DNA of 26,354 nt, taken from IMG/VR virus record IMGVR_UViG_3300005613_000358, positions 1-26,354 of that record; one strand, given 5' to 3'. The translations under genes were made by a program, and so were the position numbers. Origin of the DNA: a virus (taxonomy: Duplodnaviria; Caudoviricetes). Below are positions 26,201-26,354 of the stretch, piece after piece (position 1 is the stretch's first letter; each line of letters opens with the position of its first letter). A model generated the notes under the pieces. The model worked only from the letters and a program-made list of their open reading frames with translations. It was not told the origin of the DNA and did not search any database.

Positions 26201-26354
26201 CTACTGGAACTTGAACTACTAGAACTACTACTTGAACTAAAACTTGAACTACTTGAAGAACTCGAACTAAAACTAGAAGAACTAGAAGAACTAGAACTGA
26301 AACTTGAACTACTACTACTTGAACTAAAACTAGAACTACTACTAGTACTTGAAC
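23269..26354 (-). CDS. Giant poly-serine (Ser/Phe) protein with a C-terminal Ig/BppU-N-like domain; 5-prime end lies beyond the window
   Basis: The track start at 26028 is an internal TTG; the frame stays open to the right edge (at least 1027 aa). The last 120 aa include YVGDIGTIIEV...DISDAT...KGDGSTTTW...LRYIVATDDFDVAGTYVLQ...WSGYG. Confidence 0.85.
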   Translation of the reverse strand, partial: SSTSSSSSFSSSSSSSSFSSSSSSSSSFSSSSSSSSSFSSSSSSSSSSSSSSSSSSSSSSSFSSSSFSSSSSSSSSFSSSSSSSSSFSSSSFSSSSSSSSSFSSSSSSLSFSSSSSSSSSFSSSSSSSSSFSSSSSSSSSFSSSSFSSSSFSSSSSSSSSFSSSSSSSSSFSSSSFSSSSSSSSSFSSSSSSSSSFSSSSSSSFSSSSSSSFSSSSSSSSSFSSSSSSSSSFSSSSFSSSSSSSFSSSSSSSSSFSSSSSSSSSFSSSSSSSSSFSSSSSSSSSFSSSSFSSSSSSSFSSSSSSSSSFSSSSSSSSSSSFSSSSSFSSSSSSSSSFSSSSFSSSSFSSSSSSSSSFSSSSFSSSSSSSSSFSSSSSSSLSFSSSSSSSLSFSSSSSSSSSFSSSSSSSSSFSSSSSSSSSFSSSSSSSSSFSSSSSSSSSFSSSSSSFSSSSSSSSSFSSSSSSSSSFSSSSSSSSQSSSSSSSSSFSSSSSSSFSSSSSSSSSFSSSSFSSSSSSSSSFSSSSSSSSSFSSSSSSFSSSSSSFSSSSSSSFSSSSSSSFSSSSSSSFSSSSSSSFSSSSSSSSSFSSSSSSSFSSSSQSSSSSSSSSSSSSFSSSSSSSSSFSSSSSSSSSFSSSSSSSFSSSSSSSSQSSSSSSSSSFSSSSSSSFSSSSSSSFSSSSSSSFSSSSSSSSSSFSSSSSSSFSSSSSSSSSNSSSSSSSSSFSSSSSSSSSFSSSSSSSSSFSSSSSSSSSSFSSSSSSSSSFSSSSSSSSSFSSSSSSSSSFSSSSSSSSSSSFSSSSSSSSSFSSSSSSSSSSSFSSSSSSSSSSSSSSSSSSSSSFSSSSSSSSSSSSSSSSSSSSSSSSSSSSSSFSSSSSSSSSFSSSSSSSSSFSSSSSSSSSLSSSSSSGSLFLNKEIIRLLSSLNGEKTENTSNYLARPYVGDIGTIIEVDMATDISDATIYTFKVIKGDGSTTTWTPTIYNDNYLRYIVATDDFDVAGTYVLQPYLRFADWSGYGDTVFFKVYELWR
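23632..26354 (-). repeat. Low-complexity triplet-phased Ser-codon array punctuated by Phe codons
   Basis: About 907 codons using all six Ser codons; Phe mostly every 5-11 codons; higher-order duplications, e.g. 24001-24060 and 24061-24120 share their first 58 nt. Confidence 0.97.

Noticed and set aside
23633-26354. Long plus-strand Glu/Leu/Lys reading frame antisense to the Ser tract
   Set aside because: Automatic shadow of Ser/Phe codons; broken by TGA at 24404, 24557 and 24923, with no ATG or RBS, and opposite to the operon.

Overview
A low-GC bacteriophage (or prophage) virion-morphogenesis operon encoded entirely on the minus strand. It pairs an HK97-type head (portal, MuF minor head protein, prohead protease, major capsid, neck proteins) with a Mu-like contractile tail (sheath, tube, chaperone with a -1 frameshift, tape measure, gp43/44/45/46/47-like baseplate). 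Unusual cargo is embedded in this backbone: (1) a giant gene of at least 1027 codons, about 907 of them an almost pure Ser/Phe tract, ending in an Ig/BppU-like domain and abutting the portal gene; (2) a GT-A glycosyltransferase and a repeat/FN3/Asp-box protein after baseplate J, which with (1) suggests a possible virion-glycosylation system; (3) a MuF protein with two tandem R-S-E ADP-ribosyltransferase domains plus a coupled small Cys/His protein (toxin-immunity layout); (4) a tRNA-Pro(UGG) with a non-canonical T-loop between the tail tube and the frameshifting chaperone; (5) a duplicated intergenic stem-loop element of about 85-110 bp, 16,860 bp apart. All family calls come from motif recognition and gene order, not database searches. 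Both edge genes are truncated by the window.
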